This document shows positions 12,252 through 23,682 of a stretch of 64,000 nucleotides of DNA, piece after piece (positions within the stretch are counted from its first letter, which is position 1; every line of letters starts with the position of its first letter). The notes under the pieces are model-generated. The model was not told where the DNA came from, did not search any database, and was given only the letters and a program-made list of their open reading frames with translations. Made by a program: the position numbers and the translations under genes. This stretch comes from Psammoneis japonica (lineage: Eukaryota): the NCBI GenBank assembly GCA_008632985.1, contig QPGO01000203.1, positions 1 to 64,000 on the forward strand, given 5' to 3'.

Positions 12252-13128
12252 ATGGCTTACGGCTATATGGATGGAATCGATCAAAGTCACCACGCCGATT
12301 CTCTGACACAAAACCACTATGTTCAATGGCAGGTAAGTCGAGCTTCAAGGAGACCATGCTCTCGTTGCGATGACGACTAACAATGCAGTAATGCCCTGTA
12401 TTGATATTTTTTCGTTCGCGTAGCAAAAGAGCTGTGTCGGGGGAGAGCTACCTACTATTTTGGGACGAGGAGGATTTGCCCAGCTCCATGCTGAGTCTTT
12501 TTCTGGCGCTCTTGGTCCTTTCCAGGGTGACGGTGGATTCATCTTCCGTTTCCACACTTCAGTGTTCTTTATCAGCCCAGAGTGCTTGATTTTCTTTGTT
12601 TACCGTACGCATACATTGCCCTCTTTGCAACGTACGATCTTCTAGCTGCAAGAATGCCGGATGATACTTTCACTAGCTTTCTTGTCCGACGTTCCCGTTG
12701 CTGGAATTGATGCCATCATTGGAGCATCAAGAGGACATCAAACTCAGCTGTCGACACTAAGAGTTGCATATGGTGTGCGAAAATTACCCTGTTCTCTCAA
12801 GATATGTTTGATGAGGTAAGTCGTGTAGCTGTGATTTTGCTTCTTTTAATTTCAGATGTCTTTGTTCTCATCGCTTAACCCGGTTCTTTTCGAAACAGAA
12901 ACGAAAGAGACAGTAGAGCTTGCAGCGTGAAGGAAGCACAAAGATGAGACCCCTACTCTCATTGAAGGACTACGGGCCGAAATAATGAAGAACGTTACAT
13001 ATCTCAAGGTGGTATTGGCATAGACTAAGAAATAGCTGGAAGAAGCAAAGTCCGTCAACAAAAAGTTGGAGGAAAAGTTGCAGGCAAGCCACCCGCATCT
13101 ACAGCCAATAGAGGATGGAAAGAACTGA
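12252..13128 (+). pseudogene. Degraded multi-exon gene remnant, possibly LRR-related
   Basis: Two GTAAGT..AG intron-like segments (~12332-12423 and ~12816-12855), a GELPTILG motif, and several in-frame stops. Confidence 0.25.
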
Positions 13129-13404
13129 AAGGTTGAATTGAATGAAAGTGTGTAACAATATAGTTTCTTTATATTCTACCTTTCTTCCTTTTCTTTAGAT
13201 TTTACAATTGACTACGGCGCCGCGACGATTGCAGTGCAAGATTGCGTTGCGACTGAAAAGCAGGCGCCGATGGATTGTGGGATTTGTGAGACGTCATCAC
13301 TGTGTAGAAATGCACAGAGAGATTTGGTACAAATCAGATTAGTACCACGCCCTACGCACAGGGTCCCCATGTACGCGCGTGAAACCGTCGTGGGGAGGAA
13401 ACCG

Positions 13405-14047
13405 TTAACCCCGCTCCCGGTGTGCATCGCGCACGATGCACACGCGAACTTCAGAAAATCGCCCAAAATCGCTGACGTGCATCGTGGGCGATGCACGTGA
13501 AGTCTTTTTTGGCACTACTTTGTCGCTAAAACTTGTCTCTTCAAGAGCCTCTGTTAATAAATATCAACACGTCCTCGTCTTCTACTACGCTTGACGTGCT
13601 TTATGCTGTTTTTCTCATCTCGTCCTCCAATTTTTGTTTCATTGACTGCCTCTCGGAAAGTGCGCGATAACAACACGATAACAAGGCGCGAAAACTTCCG
13701 ACCGCGTTGTACTGTCTAGAAACATTTCCGGGTTAGGGAAGCAAATCCGGGTAATTATAGCGATTTCACACGTAGAAAAGACGTAGAAATGTACTGAGTG
13801 CATCGCCCACAGTGCACACGCGTAGAAGCTGCGCAAGTTTTCCCGCCATAAATGCCCAATGTTTACATGTCAGCTTCGATAAGAACGGTTGAACTTGGCT
13901 CTTTTTCGCTTTCGGGGAGGAACAACCTCTGTGTTAACTGCAAGATTTGTGCCGTCAGTCCGATTCAAGCTCGGCGGGGGAAAAGCACGAGAGGTCTGAA
14001 TCGGTGTGCATCGTGCCCGATGCACACGATTCGGGGAGCGGGGTTAA
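13405..14047. mobile_element. Non-autonomous piggyBac-type MITE, 635 bp, with TTAA target duplication
   Basis: TTAA-CCCCGCTCCC at 13405 and GGGAGCGGGG-TTAA ending at 14047. Subterminal palindrome GTGTGCATCG..CGATGCACAC at both ends, with further partial copies at ~13477 and ~13797. Confidence 0.92.
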
Positions 14048-14059
14048 AAATCGATTCCA

Positions 14060-14625
14060 GGAATCTTGGAAATTTTCGATTTTTAAAAATCCATGTGTGA
14101 CTCGCGCTCGTGGATTTTCAGAAATGCAGATTTTAAAAATTCCCGATGTCTTTTTTCGAAAACAGACGATCCTTGTTTCAGAAAATGACGCAATTTCGTA
14201 AATCTCCCCTTTTCATCATTGAAAATGTGCGAATGCCTTGTTCTCTGCACGCTGACTCGAATTGCGGCACCTCGTCAAAGGCGGGCTGCCAGAATCGCCT
14301 CTTGTGCCAGCATGGGGCAGAGCGGGCGGGCGGGAGAGAAATCAGCATTGTCGACAGAGGGACAACAACGGAAAAACAAAGGCTCGCAACGCGGTGAAGC
14401 AATGCTGTTGCTTCGGTGTTTGTTGGTTGTTTGATCTCAAATTGCACAAATGACATGACCGTTGGGAAAGTCAAAATGACTGTCAACAAATTGGCGCGAC
14501 TTTCCATTCTTTAAGAATCCATCAACTGCGACATTTTTAAAAATCAACGTTCTGGGAAATGCGGATTTTTAAAAATGGAGATTTCCGGGAATGCGGATTT
14601 TTAAAAATGGAGATTTCCGAAATTC
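14060..14625. repeat. Cluster of short motifs, probably TE subterminal repeats
   Basis: ATTTTTAAAAAT recurs; ATGCGGATTTTTAAAAATGGAGATTTCCG is tandemly duplicated at ~14559-14619. Confidence 0.6.
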
Positions 14626-14639
14626 CGCGCAACAGATCC

Positions 14640-16790
14640 ACAAAAACTGACATGACGCATTGACACAGTGACACAATCGCGCTGCGGCATCAGTGAGCAT
14701 GCTCAGTCTCATGCCATTCTGATGCACCTCTCACACTCTGCTCAAGCTGCCTTCTTCTGCAGGAATTCCGCAGCCTCCTTCATGGCTGCGTGGAGAGTCT
14801 TGAAGTCATCGCGACTGCCGACGATTGTAAAGAGCTCCAGCCCTCGCGGACTGACCGTGTCAAACTGGTGCAGAGTGAGTTTTGTCTTCTGACAGTTTTC
14901 AGATCCACTCCTGATCTTGCTGATTTCCATTCCTTTCAAAGAAGCACTGTGGAAAGGGAAGATCAACCGTTCCATGTCTTCGTCATCAGGCTGGATGACG
15001 ATGCAGAAGGCTCCAACCTTTGGCTCATGCTCAAAGAATGACGTGCTGTGATCGGCATGAAGAAAGCCTCCACCAGGTGAGTTGACGCTGGTGCGACGGA
15101 CCACCACATCACTGCGTGAACAAACGAAACGACATGTTGGTGTTTCCATCTTGTTCTTGGCTCTTGCTCATCTTTCGTTTGCAGACAGTGCAGATTGCAA
15201 GCAACAGCAGACAGCGAGTTTCTCGTGTTGAAGATTGCCAACGTCACACTGCCTCAAAAAATCAAAGCGCTCATGTGGGAATGACTCTTTCTGCGAAAAG
15301 CAACACCATCACCATCCCGAACCACAAAGTCCCTGGGCGATGCTGTCGCGTAATTTTTTTTGGAGCAAGGGGCATTGACTGTGGATTGCGTCATGTGTCG
15401 AATGCTGTAGATGCCGTGGATGAAGAGGATGGGAGTGACTGTGACGAGACTTCTGACCCCAGTGAATCAGTTGGAGAAGCCAAGGCCAATGAGGTTTCGG
15501 GGGAAGCCGATGACGAGAGCAATGAGAGTGAAGTGGATTGTGGTTTGTCCCAAGATTTTCAGTTCTAACGACGATGAAGAGAGCAACAAGAGTGAATTCG
15601 ATTGTGCCACATTTTGACCCAAGACTTTCTCCATTCTAACAAAATGCGATCCCGGCATGATTGTGTTGTGACCAGCTTGTGCCAACCCGGCATGACAATG
15701 TCGTGACCAGTTTGTTCTTTCTCTGGCCAATGAGTGACTTCTTCTTCCTGTTGGCAACAGACAGTTTCGTTTTTGTCGCCAGTTTCATCACCTTGTCTTC
15801 TTCTGCGGCGTCAGGAAACATTGTCTTGAACTTTCTAAGAACCGACGCAGGCACAATGCTCCCACCGCAGTCCCCAACAATTGCTGCCACTGCTTTTGCG
15901 TGCTCGTGGGAGAGGGCGTTCTCCTGCATTTCAAGCCCAAGATTGTTGAGACGAGCGGCTCTTCCATTCTTCTTTTTTTTTGAACATGCCTGGCTGATGA
16001 AAGACTGAACTTCCGTGAAGCTTGGCAATGTGCAGTCACCTGGATGCGCTCATTTCAGCACGTCAAGCATTGCGGACGGCCCCATCTTCTTGTCCTTGTC
16101 AGTGCTTCCTTGTTGACAGAGGCCAAAATGCCCAACACTTCATCATCAGATGACATGCGGGTCGTCAACGCACTCCAAGTGTCGAAGAATCCACGTGGAA
16201 GAAGGCGTCAAACAAGAGGTCGGATTGAGGAAATGCAAACAGCTGCTGACTCTCACCTGTGCCAGGACTGACCCTGTCTGTCGTGATGTTCTCGTCCCTT
16301 CTTCCTCTGCCTGATCACCATGCACCATGACCTGTCACCAGAACAGACGAACAAAGCATGCAATCATTGACATCAACAGTGTGACAATCAAAATGGCGAC
16401 ACGCAGCGACGGGAAATGGCGCGCCATTGTCTCATGCCGGTGCATTGTTGAGTTACATTGTTGGACAAGATTTCAACCAAAACATGCAACAGATTCCAGC
16501 CACACATCTGCATGGTGACGGTGACGAGTTCCAGTGAAAAGGGGACAAGAGAAGAGTGCATGTGATGCTGCAAGAATGTGCTGCAGCGTGCAGCGTCTGA
16601 GGGAGATGAAACATCACAGTTGCGTTTGATGCGGCACAGGGCTGCCGGCACATGACACATGATGTGATGGCTGTCGTCGTGCATCGCAGTGCAAAGCAAT
16701 TTGAGTGCGTCGTACAGACATCTGCGTTTCTGCATGTGTGATGTAAAAGTCGAATGAGTCATTTTGTCTCACTTTTGCCTTTGCGCGGGC
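14640..16790. other. TpA-depleted hypermutated tract of unidentified origin
   Basis: Very few TA dinucleotides; overlapping ORFs in many frames that are Tyr-free and Cys/His-rich. Confidence 0.8.
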
Positions 16791-18229
16791 TCGAAACTAG
16801 GATGACAATGGCGGCTGTCTGACAGAGCTATGGGCGTTCTATGAGTGACAGGAGTGTTGGCACTGCTAAAGGGAACCCACAGGTGTAATAAAAACAACTT
16901 GACACCTTGCCATGACCAATTCCCCCATGGACGAACTGGGCCAGAATTGTTGGTTGCACCCGGGATCCGGTGTTAATTTTTATTAAAAAAATTGTCATAG
17001 AAATTTGCTACTTTTAATTATGACAATTGTTAGGTATTCTTTTAAGACGGTCTTAAGACTTCAAGTTGACGTCAGTTTTCTAAAATTTGTACATAGAGAT
17101 TTACAATTTCATCTGGAAACTACCGTAGACTTCGTCGGGGTACTGCAAAAAAGCACTTTTTGAAAAACATCAAAAAAACGCACGCCATGACGAGCGCCGT
17201 CTTGCGGACGTTTATTTCACAATAACTACAAGGCTTATCACAGTCATACTAAAGGAACCGTTTCTTCTTCTACACTCAAGTGATACTGTATCTTCAAATT
17301 TTTCACAGGATGTCACTATCAGCAAAGAAAAGGGCTCGGAGAGTGTACGGTGGTTCGTCTCGGTCAAACGGGTGACTATTGATTGTGAGCTCGGATCGCT
17401 TTATTCGTCGGAGAAGACGTGTGAAAGTTGTGAGAATGCGACATGTGTTTCAATTGAAAGCTATTGTGAGCTGGGTTGTGCCGACAAATGTTCAATATGC
17501 GTAAGTTGCTTCGGCAGCACTGTCGCATTGAGAGGTTGTGACGCAACTGCGGGGTATGCAACAGACAAACAACGGAATATGCAATACATGAAGTCCGTTC
17601 TGAACGTCATAATGGTGCTGTCAAGCCAATTCAACAACCGAATTGTCATAAAATCACTCCTCCCAATGTCAAGATGGATCCGGTGCGTCATTTCATTCGA
17701 AGCAAGGAAACACCGGACCAACTCTTCGGAGACAATACTCACGTCGCGTCATCAAGGATTCAAGATTACGCCTCAATAACCTTTGCTGGATACAAGGGCG
17801 ATGGAAATCTTTCATTGGTTTCCACTGTGCTACCTACTTACTCTCAGGAACATTGACAACGATCATCAACAGCAAGATGGTCGCCACGATGATCTCGGAT
17901 TCGATTGTTGAACACTGTTGTAAAGCTCAATCGTCATCGGATGGAGGAGAAAGGGCATTAAACAATCTCAAATGCAACACAAAAAATTCTCTACCACCAG
18001 GATTGGGCAAGATGCTACTTACAATGATAAGATCGAAGAACGAACATGGGCGTTACTTGATTTTTGCGCTGCAGAAACCGAAGAAGACTTTCGATACAAC
18101 ATTCGAATGAATTGCACAACAGTTCCAAATACAAATCAAATCATAGACTATGCAAGAGTAGGGATCAACAAGCTGTATCAACGATACTTCTGAGTGGATG
18201 CATCATGATGCAACGGACGCTTAACGCGT

Positions 18230-19465
18230 ATTTGGTTTTTCAAGGCTGGCTATGGATCGGTATGCCCATGCCCACTGCGGCATACACGGACACCATCTTT
18301 TATCAAGACGTAGGATTTCTTCTCTGTTTGACGATTGTGATGGTGCGTTTAGTTTGTTTTTCTGCTGATGATGAATGCCCGATGCTTTGAATATTGACCT
18401 GTTTCGTTGTTTTGATTCTTATATGTGTCTGTGACACAGGCCTTCTTGCATCCAATGTCAAGGCTCGTCAAAGTATTGGTGGAAGAAAAGGAAACGCGAA
18501 CGACAGAGACTCTCTTTATCTTGGGCGATCATCATTACAGTCTTGATATCGTATACGCTGAGCAAAGGCGTCCTCAAGTACACGACTCTTTTCTTCCGCA
18601 ACAATTGGATTTCCCTTTTTCATTGCAAACTTTTTCTCGCGTGACAAGCTAGCCGCGGTGATTGGTCCCGTGGCGCTTTTGGCAACCCTCTTGCCTCGCT
18701 ACGTTTTTTAGGTTCGAATCGATACAAAGCCTCTGCCGGCAAGATGGTTGCGTCGTTACTTTTGTTGTACCGAACGCTACAAGAAGGATGCTGTTATGTC
18801 GCCGGCTGAAGACAAACTGCATCTTAAAATGTACGAGTGGCAAAGCACTTGTTTGCTGGTTCATAATGGTACGTGCACTGTGATTTGCCCACGTTCTCCT
18901 GAAAAACGAAAACATTGTTTTGGAAGATCAAGTGCAAATTGATGATATTGACGACGCCCGCCCCCTCATTATTGATTTTGGAATGAGCCTAAGGGTGCCT
19001 ACATCGCGGCGAGGCAATCATAAGATCACTACGAATGGTGAGGGCTGTGGTACACTTAAGTATTTGGCACCAGAGGTGCTTGCAGGAGCCACATCCATTG
19101 ACGGGTTTCAAGTAGACGTGTGGTGTCTTGGCATTACTTTGTTCCGTCTCTTGTTAGCAAGGCCCTTGTACGAAATGCCACATCACACCGACATGTTCTT
19201 TAAACATTTTATCAGGAACGACGGCTTGACCAATGATGATTTTAACAACCGATTTCGAGACCGTGGACTCGATATACTGAAACACCTGGAGCAGCATCAA
19301 AACGCTGGACTAGACATTACACGGGTATTGAGATTGCTTTGTGTGATTCGTGTAGTGCAACAACTTGAAGCTCCTGTCAGAGACTTATTGCAGAAAATGT
19401 TGCGTGAGGATCCAAATCAAAGAATAACAATGGCAGACGTGTTGCAGCACCCCTGGCTAGCATAG
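18230..19465 (+). pseudogene. Ser/Thr protein kinase with intact C-lobe and disrupted N-lobe/catalytic loop
   Basis: IIDFGMSLRVP, GTLKYLAPEV, DVWCLGITLFRLL, LLQKMLREDPNQRITMADVLQHPWL. Upstream VHCDL and GYGSV lie in broken frames. Confidence 0.75.
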
Positions 19466-19590
19466 AGACAAGGATTTCGCCTCGAGCTAGATTGGTGAGC
19501 TCAAGGAGAACGCTTCTTCCTACGCCTAGCTAGTCTTACACCATTCATCCTAATAATTAATGCCCAGAGAGTTAATTCTTCTTTTTGCGC

Positions 19591-21231
19591 TCAAGATATT
19601 GCATCTTTGTAGTCGATGTTGGCTTTGATCATAATGATCGCACCTGATAAAGCGATCGATACCATAACAAATGTCCTTGCGATAAAGTCGTAGAGAACAA
19701 ACTTGTTGATAACCACTGCTTCCTGAACAGATAGCACACTGTACGTTTTTGTGTTATTCCTTCTAGTCTCCGATGCCACCAATACATCGCTCTCTCGCTC
19801 GGCTTGATTTCCTGTCTCTCCCGAAGATAGTCCCTTCTCAGCAGCGTTACCTGTATTTTCGGTATCGGTAGGAGGGGTCTTTTCGCTTTGTTCAGTTTCG
19901 CATGCAAGCTCATGTTGTTCTTCTGGACCACGATTGTCTGGTCCGGCGTGTTCGGACTCCCCACTCTTGTGTTTCTTCTGGAATCGCCAAATGAGTGGCG
20001 AACGCTGGTCATGCTCTTGAGGTTCTTCTCTGTCCAGTAGTGGAAACTGCTCTTCGGGAGCCTCGCCTTCTTTCGGTAGATAAGAAAGGTCATATGCGCA
20101 CATGATACTTCCTTTGAAGCCGTCCACGACAAGTACCTGCTTTGCCGCCATGGCAGACACCATGGCTAGCAGTGCAGCAACCAAGATACCAACTAGACCC
20201 AACACATAAATCATTGTGCTTGCTGCCAGAGAAGGCCAAAATTCAACGGGTCGGGAATACGGCGCCAACTCGACTTGAAATACATAAGTCAATAAAAGAC
20301 CAATGCTGAAAACACCAATGAGTCTCATCCCATCAAACAGTCCAGCCCTCGCTTTGTCCTTATCGTCCTTAGCCTCGGCGACCAGGTGTGAGGTTACGCC
20401 CAATCCGCCAATGTAGGATATGAAGTTGAGGCCAAAGAAGAGAAGAAAGGAAGTCAGCCACCATCCTTCATTTTCTTTCGAAACCAAGATCGTGCAAGAA
20501 TAAGAAGGAAACGTGATTTCTCCCTGGCTAACTTGTGAAATGGCCCGGCCCTCTTGTCCTTCTGTCACAGAGCAGTCAATGTTTCGCAGAGTCCAACCCG
20601 CAGGGACACTAGGAACAATTGAATTGGGGTCCACAGGAAGGGCTGTCAAGTTGACAACATTTGACGAGTACAGCGATTGGAAGCGGACTTCGAGGTTGTG
20701 ATACTCGTAAGGATACGTTCTAACATCGAATTGTTGTTTGTAAGTCACTTGATCTTCAATAATATCCACTGATGGCGTCAACAAAGGCAAGTCCAATGCT
20801 TCAAAGTCAGACTCATGAACTGTATCTCGGTGGATTTGGAAGTTCGTTTGGCCGTCACCTTCACTGTTGACGGCTTTGAAAAAGTGAAAGTTTCCAATCG
20901 GATTGGAACACGCGTATTCGTGAGCTTCAGTTGTGTTGCAGGCGTCTCTATTCCAGTACAGCAACTTCCGGGACGTGACTGTAAACTCGGAAGTGGCTGG
21001 AGAAATGACATCAATCGAAACAAATACGGAAGCAACAAAAGCTTGAATCGGGTCGACCGCATCGTTCTTCCAAACTTCTGCTGTTCCCAATGGAGGGAAC
21101 GCGACGTAAGAAGAAAGGATGTCGTAGTAGATCTGGCTCAAATCGGCCGATGCGGTATTCTGTCCTTCGACTACCCTTGGCAACGGCGTAACTGCAAAGA
21201 GCAGCCATGCACCACGCACGACACCAATCAT
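19591..21231 (-). CDS. Cys-less (Pro-loop) pentameric ligand-gated ion channel-like protein
   Basis: Signal-like N-terminus; beta-rich ectodomain with VSIDVISPATSEFTV, FDVRTYPYEYHNLEVRFQS (Pro-loop) and GWTL; three hydrophobic helices, a long acidic loop and a fourth C-terminal helix. Confidence 0.7.
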   Translation of the reverse strand: MIGVVRGAWLLFAVTPLPRVVEGQNTASADLSQIYYDILSSYVAFPPLGTAEVWKNDAVDPIQAFVASVFVSIDVISPATSEFTVTSRKLLYWNRDACNTTEAHEYACSNPIGNFHFFKAVNSEGDGQTNFQIHRDTVHESDFEALDLPLLTPSVDIIEDQVTYKQQFDVRTYPYEYHNLEVRFQSLYSSNVVNLTALPVDPNSIVPSVPAGWTLRNIDCSVTEGQEGRAISQVSQGEITFPSYSCTILVSKENEGWWLTSFLLFFGLNFISYIGGLGVTSHLVAEAKDDKDKARAGLFDGMRLIGVFSIGLLLTYVFQVELAPYSRPVEFWPSLAASTMIYVLGLVGILVAALLAMVSAMAAKQVLVVDGFKGSIMCAYDLSYLPKEGEAPEEQFPLLDREEPQEHDQRSPLIWRFQKKHKSGESEHAGPDNRGPEEQHELACETEQSEKTPPTDTENTGNAAEKGLSSGETGNQAERESDVLVASETRRNNTKTYSVLSVQEAVVINKFVLYDFIARTFVMVSIALSGAIIMIKANIDYKDAIS

Positions 21232-21599
21232 ATTTGCGCCAGAGCGGTTTGTGACTTGCGTGAAGATTGAATAATTGCACAAAGCGAAGGAGTTGTCCCG
21301 AGTAGTACTGGTAATGGCTGCTGCTAACTACTACAAGTCGGTATTGTGGCAATGGATGACCTGCAGGGTGGCACCGGTGGGGCCTATGACTTCCATGTAA
21401 ATAGGGTTCGTGTTTTTTCCCGTCGTGTCAGGTATGTCTATCGCAGTGTGGTTGACGACGATTGATGGGCGGATTTTTTGGCGACCCGAATGAAGCAAGG
21501 AATTCGAACCTCGAACCGCGTGAAAAGCACCAAAAAACGCGGAACGAGCTCTCATTCGCGAAGGTTGACAACAGAGAACAACAGTGAACCAGCAGCCTC

Positions 21600-23500
21600 A
21601 AATTAAGGAACATTTCAACTGATTTGAAATTGAGGAGCAAAATTCTGGGTCACTCGAGTGTTCAGAGTTCACACAGATGAAACAATGTCGGCCGGACTGT
21701 GCAGTGGAGCAGCTCTGATGGAAGACCTCCTCTGGCGACACATGCCTCAACTTTGTTTCTCTTGTCCCCTTGAGTTGAGACAGCCCCTGCAAATGAGTCA
21801 TTGTGCTGTTGCTTTTTTCTGATCATTGCACAAAAAGAACTCAGCATTTGCCCTCCACAACTGAGCCTTTGCAAATGCCGGCACACTCCTGCTGTTGCAG
21901 CTGCGCACCTCGCTTTGAGTCAAAAAGGCGCCAAGTGTGCAAGTCTCAACTGATTGAACAATCCATTTTTGTGCAGAATGTCTGGTTCATGGGGCTGGCT
22001 GCCATTGTGATGCCATGACAGGATGCCACCACCAGATGAGTGGCGGTGCCTCAACTTTGAGATGGCGGCAAAGTGCCTTTGGGAGCATGCCCAAAAATGG
22101 TGTGTCACGATGTTGCCTGCTGTGAAAGCTGCAGACATGTTCCAGCACCAGGCAGGACTCCTTGTGATGACATGGGCCCTCAGAGCTCTGCATGTGAGCT
22201 TTGCAGCTTGTGCGTTGGGCAATGTGAGCGCATGTTTGTCTTTGATCATGTCCAAGAAATGACCGAGTTTGCACAGCGCAGTTGCAACTCTTCACCCTCG
22301 CAATTTTTGAAAACGTGCCAATGCCACTGCACCACTCTGCAGACATTTGAGAGAGGGAATTTGCACAACAAAATGTCAAAAGTTTGTTTGGTGGGTGGCA
22401 AAACAATTGCACCACAAAACAGTGCAAAAAATGCTGCCAAAAAGTCGCTGTTTTTCAAATGGCTTGGGACTTTGCAGCTTTCCTGCACTTCACTTTTGCA
22501 TCATTTTTTGTGGTGCCTCTGAGCACCCACCCCAAAATGCTTGTGAGCATGCCCAGCCTCCCCCAGCCCCAGCAGGGCCACCAGGCCCACAATGTGCAAA
22601 CTGCAATCATCAGCCTTCAAACGCCAATTGTGAGATTTTGTGCCATTGTCACACGCTCAACAAGCTGCTGTTTTTTTTTCCAAAATTGCACTCTTTGTGG
22701 CAGGAGACAAGCTGCGACTTTTCATGAAATGCTCAGCTGGCATTTGACAGGGGGGGGGGCTGTGGACATGCCTCTGCCTTCACCAAGCCAAAGATCACCA
22801 CACAAATGGTCACAAACATCATCCATGCATTCTGTGATGTCTTGCAAATGGACAAAGCCAGCCTCTTCTTTCAGGGTCTGTCATTTTGTCTCTCTTTTCC
22901 CCATCATGCCAGGTGCTGCATCAGCTGGCATGATCAGCCGCTCCTGCTGACAGAGATTTTGGAACCTGCAGTTTGCTGTTTGCTGGACATGTGGATTGTG
23001 GGTTTAGATTCTCCTGCACATGGTGCAAGGAGCATGGTTGATGCAAAATGAACCCAACAAGTGAAAGCCATCGGGTCATTTCTCCCTTCAGAGGTGTGAC
23101 AGTCACCAGCGTGGGGCCCTGCGGTGCAACATGGCTTGTGCGACACCATTGGGTGAGGCTGAATTTGGTGTGGGAATGGGTGCATTCCAGGCAACAATGA
23201 GATTGAAGCTGGGAACCTCCTTGTTTTGGGGTGAATTTTAGAAATTTCAGATGAAAAACTGCCAAAATGAGACAGTGTTTTTCGCGCATGCGTGCAACTC
23301 ATGGAAAAACGTTCAAAAGGCTTGAGCACGAATGCTGAGCTCACCGTGCAAACAACACGACAATGGCCGAAATGCCGTTCGTTGAGCGCAATGTGGGCAA
23401 GGCGGCCTCCAACTTTCTTCACAAGTTTGTTGCCCATGTCAAATGCGACACACTGTGAAAAAAGTTGGAGGCTGCCCCACTCAGTTTTCAAGAACGAATG
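21600..23500. other. TpA-depleted hypermutated tract flanking the gypsy element (unidentified decayed sequence)
   Basis: Almost no TA; strong TG/CA excess; ORFs open in all frames and lacking Tyr. Confidence 0.8.
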
Positions 23501-23527
23501 GCGTTTCGGCCATTGTCGTGTTGTTTG

Positions 23528-23682
23528 TGCAGCACGCCGCCCCAAGATCCATGATTTGCACTTGCAGATGTCTTCTGATGTCGCTCATCCGATGATGCAA
23601 GCAATGAGTCAGATCCATTCTCTAGAAGATCAATGAGTGGTCTAACCACAAAGCTCACTTTTTTCTCGTCAACTGATTGACG
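23528..23682 (+). repeat. 5' LTR
   Basis: Direct repeat of 28750-28904; starts with TG. Confidence 0.9.
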
